Of a stretch of DNA of 64,000 bases, positions 19,367 through 28,002 are shown one piece after another. This stretch comes from a virus (taxonomy: Duplodnaviria > Caudoviricetes): IMG/VR virus record IMGVR_UViG_3300045938_000114, positions 1-64,000 of that record; one strand, given 5' to 3'. Below the pieces are notes generated by a model. It worked only from the letters and a program-made list of their open reading frames with translations. It searched no databases and was not told the origin of the DNA. Each line of letters begins with the position of its first letter. Positions within the stretch are counted from its first letter, which is position 1. The translations under genes were made by a program, and so were the position numbers.

Positions 19367-20215
19367 TTACACCGCTACCGGCGCTTTAATGGCTGGCCAG
19401 GGGTCGTACCCGGTCAAGGTGAAATCCTCGTAGGTGAAGCTGAAAATGTCTTTTACCTCAGGATTGAGGTGCATCCGCGGCAGCGGGCGGGGCGCGCGGG
19501 TCAGCTGCTCGCGGGCCTGCTCGACGTGGTTGCTGTAGAGGTGCGTATCGCCGCCCGTCCAGATGAATTCGCCGGGCTGCAAGCCCGTCACCTGAGCTAC
19601 CATCATGGTGAGTAGCGCGTAGCTGGCCACGTTGAAGGGTACACCCAGGAACATGTCGGCCGAGCGCTGGTAGAGTTGGCAGCTGAGGCGGCCATCAGCC
19701 ACGTAGAATTGAAAGAGGCAGTGGCACGGGGGTAGCCGCATCAAGGGCAGGTCGGCCACGTTCCACGAGCATACAATCATGCGCCGCGAGTCAGGATTGT
19801 TTTTCAACTCCTCCACTACCTGGCTTATCTGGTCGATGTACTCGCGGGTAACAGTCGCGCCGGTGAGTTCTTCCCCCACCGAGTCGATAACTACCTCTTT
19901 AATTCCGGCCTTCCAGTTGCGCCACTGTGCGCCGTAGACCGGCCCAAGGTCGCTGTTGTCGTCGGCCCACTCGTCCCATATTTTCACCCCATGCTCGTGC
20001 AGGTAGGCCACGTTCGTGTCGCCGCGCAGAAACCACAGCAACTCGTGGATGATGCTTTTCAGGTGCACCTTTTTGGTGGTCACCAGCGGGAAGCCCTCGG
20101 CCAGGTTGAAGCGCATCTGCGGCCCAAAAATTGAGCGGGTGCCAGTGCCGGTACGGTCACCCTTCTCGTGGCCGTGCGTGAGTATTTGGTTCAATAGCGC
20201 GTGATACTGCTGCAT
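19367..20215 (-). CDS. thyA: Thymidylate synthase
   Basis: [43 protein letters not shown]. Confidence 0.97.
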   Translation of the reverse strand: MQQYHALLNQILTHGHEKGDRTGTGTRSIFGPQMRFNLAEGFPLVTTKKVHLKSIIHELLWFLRGDTNVAYLHEHGVKIWDEWADDNSDLGPVYGAQWRNWKAGIKEVVIDSVGEELTGATVTREYIDQISQVVEELKNNPDSRRMIVCSWNVADLPLMRLPPCHCLFQFYVADGRLSCQLYQRSADMFLGVPFNVASYALLTMMVAQVTGLQPGEFIWTGGDTHLYSNHVEQAREQLTRAPRPLPRMHLNPEVKDIFSFTYEDFTLTGYDPWPAIKAPVAV

Positions 20216-20224
20216 AGGAACTGC

Positions 20225-21070
20225 TTATAAAACCGTGATAAGGATGGGCTGCTGATTGGCCGGGCACAGCGCGAAGGCCGTGGCCAGCACCGTGCCGCGG
20301 TACTCAACCGGGTTGGTGAAGGGGGTAATCGGCAGGCCCACATGCTCGCCGCCGCAGCGGGCGCAGCAGGCTACGCTCATGTTTGGCCCGGTGGGCGGTG
20401 GGGCAACCTCGCTGACCGGAGCTGCCGCAGCAGGTGCCTCTACCGGGGGGGGCGGGGCTACTGGCTCGGGGGCGGGCTGGTGCTCAGTCGTCAGCCGTTC
20501 TTGCTGCGCTTTTTGGGCGCGGCGGCCTTCGTCCTTCGCATGTTCCCACTTTGTTTTGAAAGTTGGGTCTTTCCGCCAGGCCGCCAGCTTTACCGACGAC
20601 ATGCCCCTGGTTGAGGTAATGACCTCGGCGGGCGGCATCCCCTCCCGTAGCTTGTCTAGCGCTACCGTTTGCACGACGATGTCCGTGTAGGACGTAGCCT
20701 TTTTAGCGGCCGGGGGCCGGGCTGGTACCGCAATCGGTTCGGGTGTGGCCGGTGGGGCGAGAGCCAGTTCCGCAACCTCGGGCTCAGCGGCCGAGGGCGC
20801 CTCCTCTTGCAGCTCGTCGGGCAGTTCGGGTCTGGAACCGGCAAGCACGACCTTCGGGTGGAAGCGGGGCGGCTTGCCTTTCTCTGCCCGCCGCTGGCGC
20901 TTGCTTTTGCCAACCTCAACCGCCCGGTCGTAGACGGTTTTGAAGTAGTCCTCGAGCAGCCACTCCTCGACCACGGCCTTCGCGGGCATCCCCTCCGCGC
21001 TCAGCACCTCAAAGAGCTTATTGCCGGCCCGCAGGCCTTCAATCACAAGATTTTGTAAGTCGGTCAGCAT
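20225..21070 (-). CDS. Protein with two terminase-small-subunit-like HTH repeats and C-terminal Zn-binding motif
   Basis: EGMPAKAVVEEWL..DYFKT.YDRA and EGMPP...KLAAWRKDPTFKTKWEHAK; CARC...CP; likely start 21070. Confidence 0.55.
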   Translation of the reverse strand: MLTDLQNLVIEGLRAGNKLFEVLSAEGMPAKAVVEEWLLEDYFKTVYDRAVEVGKSKRQRRAEKGKPPRFHPKVVLAGSRPELPDELQEEAPSAAEPEVAELALAPPATPEPIAVPARPPAAKKATSYTDIVVQTVALDKLREGMPPAEVITSTRGMSSVKLAAWRKDPTFKTKWEHAKDEGRRAQKAQQERLTTEHQPAPEPVAPPPPVEAPAAAAPVSEVAPPPTGPNMSVACCARCGGEHVGLPITPFTNPVEYRGTVLATAFALCPANQQPILITVL

Positions 21071-21080
21071 ACGTTGCTTG

Positions 21081-21272
21081 TTACCTATTGGCCCTGCGGG
21101 CTTCTTCAATGGCGGCGTTCTCGCGTTCCTTCTGCTCCTTCATGCGTGTCAGAAGCCTATCTATCTCCTCGTAGCTCATGCGCTCCAGCGTTTCGAGACT
21201 GGTGCTGTGGAGCCCGCCGTAGTCGAGGGCGAAGTAGCAGTCGATTAAATCGCCTGAGAAGGGAAGAAAAAA
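21081..21272 (-). other. Programmed -1 frameshift extension (gpGT-like)
   Basis: In-frame slippery heptamer T TTT TTC at 21272-21266; the -1 frame is open ~62 codons to TAA at 21081. Confidence 0.8.
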
Positions 21273-22075
21273 TCGGGGGTGGTCACCAGGTCGATGCGTG
21301 CTTCACGACCGTCTTTTTCGTTGCTGATGCTGAGCACCGTATCAATCAGGCCTTCCACGCGGCGGATTTCTTTGCGGAAGCCTTCCGTATCCATGATAAC
21401 GGCGCGCTGTGGGCTCCAGCTGGTCAGCGTTTTGTCCGCATCGCCAAGAACCAGCTTAGGCACGCGCATAGCGAGCATCGTATTGCTGTCCACATCGGCC
21501 TTGCTGAGCTTACCGAACTTCTTCTCTTGCTCACCCGTCAACAACTCCCACTGTACAACTTCACCCGATTTGGGCATTGCGTAGTGCTGCTCGGAGTTAG
21601 CTACTAGCATTGCGGAGTAGCTACTGTAGAGTTCCGGAAAGGTGAAGGGACCTCCATCAAAGGGTGTACCCGCCGCCGCCAAGCGAGCCAGTTCATCCGC
21701 TACCCAGGCGTAAGGAATACGCTTGAAGTCCTTATCGTTGAATTTCACGGAGTACGGCTCCATGTGCTTAACCACCGTGGTCTTATCAATCGGCCAGGTG
21801 TACATAAAGTCGAAGCTTTCCTGAAATTCCAGCGAGAACTGGCGCAGCATCACCAGTGCGTCCTTGCGGTCGTTGGTCAGCATGCGAAGCACGTCATTTT
21901 TGTTGACGTTGGTTTTATCGCCCAGGTGGGTGATGCGGCCCGCTAGCATCTCGAAGTAGGCGGTATTGTCAGACAGGTTCTTCTGCTTAGTAATCATGCC
22001 TTGGTCGGCACCAGTCAGGCTGGTAAGTCCAATAGCAACGCCGCTGGGTAGTACACCCTCAAAAGTTGTAGCCAT
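21245..22075 (-). CDS. Tail assembly chaperone (gpG-like)
   Basis: Follows the tube gene; LPSG..., ends DFFFP. Confidence 0.8.
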   Translation of the reverse strand: MATTFEGVLPSGVAIGLTSLTGADQGMITKQKNLSDNTAYFEMLAGRITHLGDKTNVNKNDVLRMLTNDRKDALVMLRQFSLEFQESFDFMYTWPIDKTTVVKHMEPYSVKFNDKDFKRIPYAWVADELARLAAAGTPFDGGPFTFPELYSSYSAMLVANSEQHYAMPKSGEVVQWELLTGEQEKKFGKLSKADVDSNTMLAMRVPKLVLGDADKTLTSWSPQRAVIMDTEGFRKEIRRVEGLIDTVLSISNEKDGREARIDLVTTPDFFFPSQAI

Positions 22076-22111
22076 CTTAATCAGTTAGGCAAAAGTGAAT
22101 TTTTACACTGG

Positions 22112-22144
22112 TAAAAATAGCCGCACCCCAAAACCGCTTTTTGC
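22112..22144 (-). promoter_or_regulatory. Putative late promoter GCAAAA-N19-TATTTTTA
   Basis: Shared motif and spacing. Confidence 0.5.
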
Positions 22145-22146
22145 AC

Positions 22147-22181
22147 AAAAAAGAGGGGGCCGGCCAAAGGCCGACCCCCTC
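22147..22181 (-). terminator. Intrinsic terminator after tube gene
   Basis: GAGGGGGTCGGCC-TTT-GGCCGGCCCCCTC followed by a T run. Confidence 0.8.
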
Positions 22182-22274
22182 AGGGTAGCTGACGACGCTG
22201 CGTTCACTTTTGCCCAGCTGATGCAGGCCGCCAGCCTCTGCCGCGCCGCCGACGAAGCCGGCGCGGTCAGACTG

Positions 22275-22790
22275 CTACAGGGCGGTGCCCAGGGCGAACG
22301 GCAGGCCGCCCGCCTTGGCCCCGCTGCCGCCAAACAAAGCCAGCCACAGAGGCGAGGACTGCGAGAAGAAGCGCTCCACCTGGAAGGTCACTGTCTCTAT
22401 GATGTTCTCGTTGCTGTCGGCCAGCGTCACGAGGCCCGAGGGCGAAATCTTGGACGGCCAGATTTTGCCGCAGTAGTATTTCTCTACTACCGTTACGCCG
22501 TCCGGGGCCAACTCGCTCAGGAAACCTACCTTCTGGTAGGCCGAGGCCGGCGAGCCCGCCGCGATAGCCATCCAGTCCCAGATGTAGGCACTCGATACAA
22601 GTTCCGGCTTGCACATCTTGGCGACCAGCTCGCCCACTTTGGCTTTGCCCGCCGTTTTACCGTCGGGCAGGTTGCCCGGCGAGCCGTGCAGCACGACACC
22701 CAGCTCAACGTCGGGAGCCTGAACTTCTTGGATGTACAAGTGATTGACACCCTGAATTTCCAGCGCCCAGCGGAAATTTTTTCTCATCAT
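22275..22790 (-). CDS. Tail tube protein (T4 gp19-like)
   Basis: F.W.LEI.G, K.AG..KVG.L, W.W, WPSK, IE.V. Confidence 0.88.
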   Translation of the reverse strand: MMRKNFRWALEIQGVNHLYIQEVQAPDVELGVVLHGSPGNLPDGKTAGKAKVGELVAKMCKPELVSSAYIWDWMAIAAGSPASAYQKVGFLSELAPDGVTVVEKYYCGKIWPSKISPSGLVTLADSNENIIETVTFQVERFFSQSSPLWLALFGGSGAKAGGLPFALGTAL

Positions 22791-22802
22791 GGTCGTAAAG
22801 AA

Positions 22803-24383
22803 TTAAAGCGTTGAAGAGAGGGTAGCGCCCTGGCTGACCGCGTAGCTGATGCTGTTCGAGTCGGCCGCCGTGAGCGAAAGGTTGATGTATTCGGTAGCCG
22901 CGATGGGCTGCGCGATGAGGCCCGCCCGGAAGATGCCCGCCGTGAGGTCGGCCTGCGTGTTGTAGGTCGCGTCCTCGCGGGTAGTCGCGTCCTGGTCGCC
23001 GAGCCATACCCAGCCCACGCCCTCGCCCGGCACGATGGCCTCGCGGCGCTCCAGGTCTTCCATGATGGGCAGAATCTTGCGGTAGATGCTCTTCCACATC
23101 CGCGGGTTGTTGGGCTCAAACTGCTCGCTGCGCATGATGGGCCGCAGCGTCCGGATGAGGTACATCATCAGGTCGGCCACGTTCTCCTTGCTCAGCAGCT
23201 TCGTGTTGTCGAGCAGGGCCGAGCGGTTGCCGTACACCATTGCCCCGTAGGTCGGGTCCTGCACCACGGCGTTCACGCCGCGCAGGTAGATGCGGTCGAA
23301 GTCAGCCGAGAGGTCGGGCGAAATGAGGTTGTAAGGCACGCCCTTGTTGAAGGTGCGCACCCGGCCGCGCTTCGGCCCGGCCACCGCGTACCACGGCCCG
23401 AAGTTGCTATCCTTGGCGGCCATGCAGGCTACCGTTTCGACCACGGCCGGAATGTCGATATCGACTGTCAGGGCCGCCCCGTCGTTGCCGATGGTGTTCA
23501 CGCCCCAGTAGCTACCCAGCCAGGTATCGATGGGCGTGTGGTCGTACACGCCGGTACCCATGCGGTAATCTTCCAAGCCCTGCGCGTTGGCGCCCAGCGG
23601 CATGCCGAGGTGGAAGCGCATATCGCCCCGGTCAATGACGTACTGCTTCAAGGCATCATCAATCAGCGGGTCGGGGCGGTGCAGGTTGGCGATGCGGAAG
23701 GCGTCGGTTACGTTGCTGAACGCATACCAGCCGGTGCCGGCTTGGCGGTCGCCGTTGTAGTCCTCGGCCACAATAGCAGTCACGTCCTGCGCGCCCCCGG
23801 CCAGCGTGATGGTGCCGAGCGACAGGGTACCACTCACCATCTTCACTTGGTCCAGCTGCTGGTTGAGGGCTGTGAGCTGGGCGGCCGTGGGCGTGGCGGC
23901 GATGTTGCGCAGGCTCTGCACCTGGTCAGAGCCGGGCAGCTTCACCAACACGTCAAACACGCCCGCCTGAAAAGAGGCGGGGGCCTGAATGGTCACGGTC
24001 GTGCCGTTGTAGCCCGCGCCAATAAACTTGGCCGCAAAGGTGAGGGTGGGCGCGTTGCTCGGGCCGAGGCTGCCGGTGGCGGCGGTACCGACCAGCGTGC
24101 TCGCGTCGGTCGGGTCGGTGTAGTGCCCGGCCCGCGAAACCCACAGCTTGGCGCCGGCATTGAGCAGGCGCAGGCAGTAGGTCGGGAAGGGGCTGGCCGG
24201 GTGCAAACCGCCCAGCAAACGCTTAAACTGGCCGGCCGAGCCCACGAAGACGGCTTTGCCCACCTCGCCGCGCAGGGTTTCGCCCTGCACGCAGATAATG
24301 CCACCTATCGCGGTAGCCACCAGATTGGTTACGTCGTTTACGTCAACGACGGTCTTCGGCGCGCCGGTTAGGGGTACGCTCAT
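22803..24383 (-). CDS. Tail sheath protein
   Basis: PWYAVAG.KRG, GVN, YGNR, FEPN...W. Confidence 0.93.
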   Translation of the reverse strand: MSVPLTGAPKTVVDVNDVTNLVATAIGGIICVQGETLRGEVGKAVFVGSAGQFKRLLGGLHPASPFPTYCLRLLNAGAKLWVSRAGHYTDPTDASTLVGTAATGSLGPSNAPTLTFAAKFIGAGYNGTTVTIQAPASFQAGVFDVLVKLPGSDQVQSLRNIAATPTAAQLTALNQQLDQVKMVSGTLSLGTITLAGGAQDVTAIVAEDYNGDRQAGTGWYAFSNVTDAFRIANLHRPDPLIDDALKQYVIDRGDMRFHLGMPLGANAQGLEDYRMGTGVYDHTPIDTWLGSYWGVNTIGNDGAALTVDIDIPAVVETVACMAAKDSNFGPWYAVAGPKRGRVRTFNKGVPYNLISPDLSADFDRIYLRGVNAVVQDPTYGAMVYGNRSALLDNTKLLSKENVADLMMYLIRTLRPIMRSEQFEPNNPRMWKSIYRKILPIMEDLERREAIVPGEGVGWVWLGDQDATTREDATYNTQADLTAGIFRAGLIAQPIAATEYINLSLTAADSNSISYAVSQGATLSSTL

Positions 24384-24417
24384 GGCAGTAGGGAGTTATT
24401 GAGAAGAAAGAACTTCA

Positions 24418-24450
24418 CAATACTACCCCGCTGCCCGAGGGGCTTTTTGC
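24418..24450 (-). promoter_or_regulatory. Putative late promoter GCAAAA-N19-TAGTATTG upstream of sheath
   Basis: Shared motif and spacing. Confidence 0.5.
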
Positions 24451-24464
24451 AAAAAAACCAGGGG

Positions 24465-25241
24465 CTACCCCCAGAAGGGATACTCAAAAAACGGGTAGTT
24501 GAAAAAGGCCTTGTGGCCGGGCGGAAACATGTCGTCCTTTATCACCAGCAGGTAAGCGGGCAGGGAGCCGCCCTGCGCGACGGGGCCCACGCTCAGGTTC
24601 ACGCCCAGCTCCACGGCGGCCGGCACCGTGTCGAGCTGGCGGGCCGGGATGAGTACCACGTCCAGCACATCAAAGCGCCATACGCGCTCGATGTATTTGT
24701 CGCTGCTCATGTCAACGCCGTCGCCGACCCGCATTACCTCGAAGCCCTCCTTCATTTTGGTCAGGTCGTCGTTGATGCCACGGTAGTAGGTAGGCACGCC
24801 GAAGCAGGTGAGCCAGAGCTGCGTGCCTACCCGGTCCATATCCACGTCGTCACTGACGAAGCGCACCTCATACCGCAGGCGCTGCGGCTCGCGGGCCAGC
24901 AGCAGCTCGCGGTAGCCGGCCCGCTTATCGAGCGGGTCTATCTGCTCATACACAATCGGCTGGCTGATACCGTACGAGCCGCGCCCGTCCGGCCCCCGCG
25001 AGAGCACCAGGTTGTTGCCATTCAACTCGCCCCGGTCTTGCCAGGGGCCCACGCCCAACACTTCCATCAACGGCCGGCCCGCCGCGAGGATGGCGGCCTT
25101 CGCGGCCGCAAAGTCGGCATCGGTGGCCCCGGCCGCCAGCAGCGCCCGCTGGTCGGGCCAGTAGCCCGCCGCGATAACCGCGTCGCGCAGCACCCACTCT
25201 AGGGCGTGGTCAATCTGGTCGAGGGTGAAATTGAAAGCCAT
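24465..25241 (-). CDS. Tail terminator / neck protein with Phe-rich C-terminus
   Basis: Immediately upstream of sheath; ends FFNYPFFEYPFWG. Confidence 0.65.
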   Translation of the reverse strand: MAFNFTLDQIDHALEWVLRDAVIAAGYWPDQRALLAAGATDADFAAAKAAILAAGRPLMEVLGVGPWQDRGELNGNNLVLSRGPDGRGSYGISQPIVYEQIDPLDKRAGYRELLLAREPQRLRYEVRFVSDDVDMDRVGTQLWLTCFGVPTYYRGINDDLTKMKEGFEVMRVGDGVDMSSDKYIERVWRFDVLDVVLIPARQLDTVPAAVELGVNLSVGPVAQGGSLPAYLLVIKDDMFPPGHKAFFNYPFFEYPFWG

Positions 25242-25243
25242 AC

Positions 25244-25885
25244 TTACCGCTTGTGATAGATTTTGCGCCCACTGGGCGAAATGTGGTAGCGCCCGCCGCG
25301 CTTGCCGGTTTCGAGGGGTGGCGGGGCTTTCAGCACGACCTCAGGCTGCACGGCCTCGCCGGTAGCGTCGGCGGCCCCGGCCAGTGCCCCGCCGCCGTAC
25401 TTCTTTGTCAATTCCTTAATGACCTCGGCCGCGAAGTAGTTGGTGCGCCGCAGCCAGTCCGCGGTTTCGGCCAGCACTACCGACCACAGCGGCCGGGGCG
25501 GGATGCCGCGCTTGAGGCTGCCGAATTCCAGCACCCGCGCAATGTCGGCCACGAGTTGGCCATCGGCCTCGCGGGCCTCCTTGTTCACGCCCGCGAACAC
25601 CCGGCCCCGCTCTACCGTGCTGGTGATGCTTTGCAGGTAGGTGCTGGTTTTGATGAGAATCTTATCGCTCTGCCCGGCTTTCTCCTTGCGGGCCAGGTAG
25701 CGCGGGCTGAGGGGTGCCCAGCCCAGGTCTTGGTTGGCGAGGTGCTTTGCGGCCTCCGCCTCCATTCTTAGGCCTACGCGCTGTATGCTGCGGTTGTTGA
25801 CGCGGTTAATGTCGTCGCGAAACTGGCGCATAAACTGCCGCATTTGCTTCATGCCGTGCGACTTTATTTCAACGCGGATACTCAT
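25244..25885 (-). CDS. Tail completion/virion morphogenesis protein (HK97 gp10/gpS-like)
   Basis: WAPLSPRYLARK, LEFGS..RGIPPRPLW; likely start 25885. Confidence 0.8.
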   Translation of the reverse strand: MSIRVEIKSHGMKQMRQFMRQFRDDINRVNNRSIQRVGLRMEAEAAKHLANQDLGWAPLSPRYLARKEKAGQSDKILIKTSTYLQSITSTVERGRVFAGVNKEAREADGQLVADIARVLEFGSLKRGIPPRPLWSVVLAETADWLRRTNYFAAEVIKELTKKYGGGALAGAADATGEAVQPEVVLKAPPPLETGKRGGRYHISPSGRKIYHKR

Positions 25886-26112
25886 GAGCGGATAATTTCG
25901 AGCAGTTCTCTGCTGGTGACGACCTCGCAGCGGGCCTGTATCTCGGCGATGCGGCGGGCGGGTATGTCGTAGTGCCAACGGCCCGGCTTATTATGAAACC
26001 AGCACTTCTTGATGCCCAGGGCCTGCGCCATCCGGTGCAGGTTGGCCACCGAGTAAGGAAGGCAAACCAGGTGCCGCGCCTCGTCGCAGATGTAGCGCAG
26101 GCCGGGGCTCAC
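25882..26112 (-). CDS. DUF4031-like small protein
   Basis: HL...LH.MA..LGIK..WF....HYDI...V.SREL; 4-bp overlaps at both ends. Confidence 0.7.
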   Translation of the reverse strand: MSPGLRYICDEARHLVCLPYSVANLHRMAQALGIKKCWFHNKPGRWHYDIPARRIAEIQARCEVVTSRELLEIIRS

Positions 26113-26555
26113 GGACGGTTGGCCGCTAGCAGCTTCTTGGTGATAAACTTGCCCAGCGTGTACTTCCCATCAAGCGGGCCCAGGGGCGTAGCCGTGAGTA
26201 GCTTATACCGCTCCCCGCCAATCTTCACCGTGTCGGTGGCGGGATTCACGGCCAGCTCCCCGGCGAGGTTGGCCAGGCCCACGGCCGCCAGGTCTTCGCG
26301 GTTGCAGAGCACGTACCCATCGCCGAGGTCGGCGGCACCGGTGGCCGCCGTATCGAGCACCTGCTGGCCCTGAATGAACAAGCCCAGCACTACCTTCTCC
26401 GTAATAGTGGAGTTCTTGGCCCGGTTGTCGGTGAAGGCGGCGAGCTTAGCCGTGTGTATCTCAAACGTTACCTCCTGCTTCATGAAGGTATCCGTCGTGC
26501 CCTTGATAGCCGCTAGTGCAGCCTGAATATCAGCGGAACCCAGAAAGCCACTCAT
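26109..26555 (-). CDS. Head closure/neck protein
   Basis: Position in the neck module, 148 aa. Confidence 0.6.
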   Translation of the reverse strand: MSGFLGSADIQAALAAIKGTTDTFMKQEVTFEIHTAKLAAFTDNRAKNSTITEKVVLGLFIQGQQVLDTAATGAADLGDGYVLCNREDLAAVGLANLAGELAVNPATDTVKIGGERYKLLTATPLGPLDGKYTLGKFITKKLLAANRP

Positions 26556-27091
26556 GGTAGATAGCAGCCAAGGGGAGCGCCGGGCCAGTAGCCTACGTCC
26601 GTGAGCGTAATGAAGGGAATAGGGCCGGCTGCCTCGCCGTCCGGGTCAACCGCTCCGCACAGGGCCAGCTCATAGCCCAGCGTCCGGGCGTAGCCGCAGG
26701 CCGCCTTTCGAATCTCATCGAGCAGGCTGGACGTGTTCAGGGCGATGCTCGTGCCATCGGAAAGCTTCACCGACTCAAACTCGGTTTCAACTACGTCGGC
26801 CTTTACCCGCTTCACTACCCGCCCGGCCGCGCCGCCCCCGGCCGCGCCAGTGCCGCCTACGGTCTGGGCGGCCTTGAGGATTACCAACTGATAGGCGGTC
26901 AGCTCTTTCAGGAGGAGACATTGCATCTTGGTATAGTTTGTCTCGATTTCGGAGGCGAGGTCGGATAGTTTCGTCCACGGTTGCAGCACCACGAACTGCT
27001 CTTCCAGCGCGGCCTGAATGGTCGGGTTATCGGCTACAGTGAGCCAGGGCAGGCGCTCGCGCACCATTTCCACGATAGGTTTGAGGGCCAT
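26552..27091 (-). CDS. Head-tail adaptor
   Basis: VKRVKADVVETEF motif; likely start 27091 (MALKPIV). Confidence 0.65.
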   Translation of the reverse strand: MALKPIVEMVRERLPWLTVADNPTIQAALEEQFVVLQPWTKLSDLASEIETNYTKMQCLLLKELTAYQLVILKAAQTVGGTGAAGGGAAGRVVKRVKADVVETEFESVKLSDGTSIALNTSSLLDEIRKAACGYARTLGYELALCGAVDPDGEAAGPIPFITLTDVGYWPGAPLGCYLP

Positions 27092-27108
27092 AGTAATTGA
27101 GTTTCCTG

Positions 27109-27148
27109 AAAATACAAAGTGCCGACAATCACTTGTCGGCACTTTGTA
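27109..27148 (-). terminator. Perfect 16-bp inverted repeat, terminator-like
   Basis: TACAAAGTGCCGACAA-TCAC-TTGTCGGCACTTTGTA. Confidence 0.7.
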
Positions 27149-27174
27149 AGGTTCGATACTGGCTGCTCAGCTGG

Positions 27175-27483
27175 CTAGGGCTTCGGGGCAGCGGGCGTGG
27201 CCTTTGTTTTCGTAGCCGTAGACTTGGGCGCAGTAGCGGGCGGCTCGGGGGTCACCTCATTAACTGGCTTTGGCTCCGTAGCCGAGTCCGTGGCCATGTT
27301 GACTACCGGGGCGCTGGCAGCGGGTTCCTCGGCCGGGCCTTCCACCTTGCGGAGGATGCGGCCTGCTAAGCCCGCCTTCACCCGCTTGTCGAGCGGCAGC
27401 CGCAGTACCGCGTCGTGGGTCAGGGTGCCCTCAGCGTGCTCGAAGCGCCCGCCAGGGTCTACCAGTTGGACGTAGGCGCTCAT
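27175..27483 (-). CDS. Head-associated hypothetical protein, Pro/Ala-rich tail
   Basis: Downstream of MCP; N-terminus resembles the neighbouring gene (F.hp...l). Confidence 0.65.
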   Translation of the reverse strand: MSAYVQLVDPGGRFEHAEGTLTHDAVLRLPLDKRVKAGLAGRILRKVEGPAEEPAASAPVVNMATDSATEPKPVNEVTPEPPATAPKSTATKTKATPAAPKP

Positions 27484-27486
27484 GCG

Positions 27487-27906
27487 TTACGCCTGCGGTT
27501 TAGCAGCGTCAGCCTTGATTTTCTCAGCCTCTTTTTCTGCGTCCTGGGTAATTTTGGTGGCCTCCTTTTGGGCGTCAGCAATGATTTTATCAGCTTGCTT
27601 TTGGGCGGCAGTGGGCGTAGTTGGGGCAGCGGCAGCGGTGGCCGGAGCTGCTTTGGCGGCGCGCTCGGTTGCTTCCTTTTTCACCTTCTCTTCGTACTTT
27701 TTGAACTGCGCCTCCGTGGCAGTTTCAATGTGGCCCGCTCGGAAGGCCAGCGCCACGCGCTCGGTGGGTTCCAGCTTCACCACCTGGCCAGCCAGCAGCT
27801 TGCCTTTCTCTTGGCTGGGGTCGTGGAAAATAGAACGGCCCGGCGCCAGCTTGTAGTACTGCTCGGTGATTACGTCCTCTTCGTGGTCTTCGTGCTCGTC
27901 GGCCAT
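27487..27906 (-). CDS. Head-associated hypothetical protein with coiled-coil tail
   Basis: Downstream of MCP; A.KI..DA repeats. Confidence 0.65.
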   Translation of the reverse strand: MADEHEDHEEDVITEQYYKLAPGRSIFHDPSQEKGKLLAGQVVKLEPTERVALAFRAGHIETATEAQFKKYEEKVKKEATERAAKAAPATAAAAPTTPTAAQKQADKIIADAQKEATKITQDAEKEAEKIKADAAKPQA

Positions 27907-27951
27907 GATACTAAAAAGTTAAATACGGGGGGATGGGTGCCTGTAAACTCA

Positions 27952-27985
27952 CGAGCCGCCCGCCCCAGGCACGGCGGGCGGCTCG
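27952..27985. terminator. GC-rich hairpin after MCP
   Basis: CGAGCCGCCCGCC / GGCGGGCGGCTCG. Confidence 0.55.
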
Positions 27986-28002
27986 CTTGCGATAACCGAC
28001 GC

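Noticed and set aside
19367-20215. dCMP hydroxymethylase / base-hypermodification enzyme
   Set aside because: Retains the dUMP-specifying Asn (PFN) and all canonical ThyA motifs
7907-24383. Extracellular contractile injection system / T6SS
   Set aside because: Capsid, portal and protease are present and colinear, so this is a phage tail
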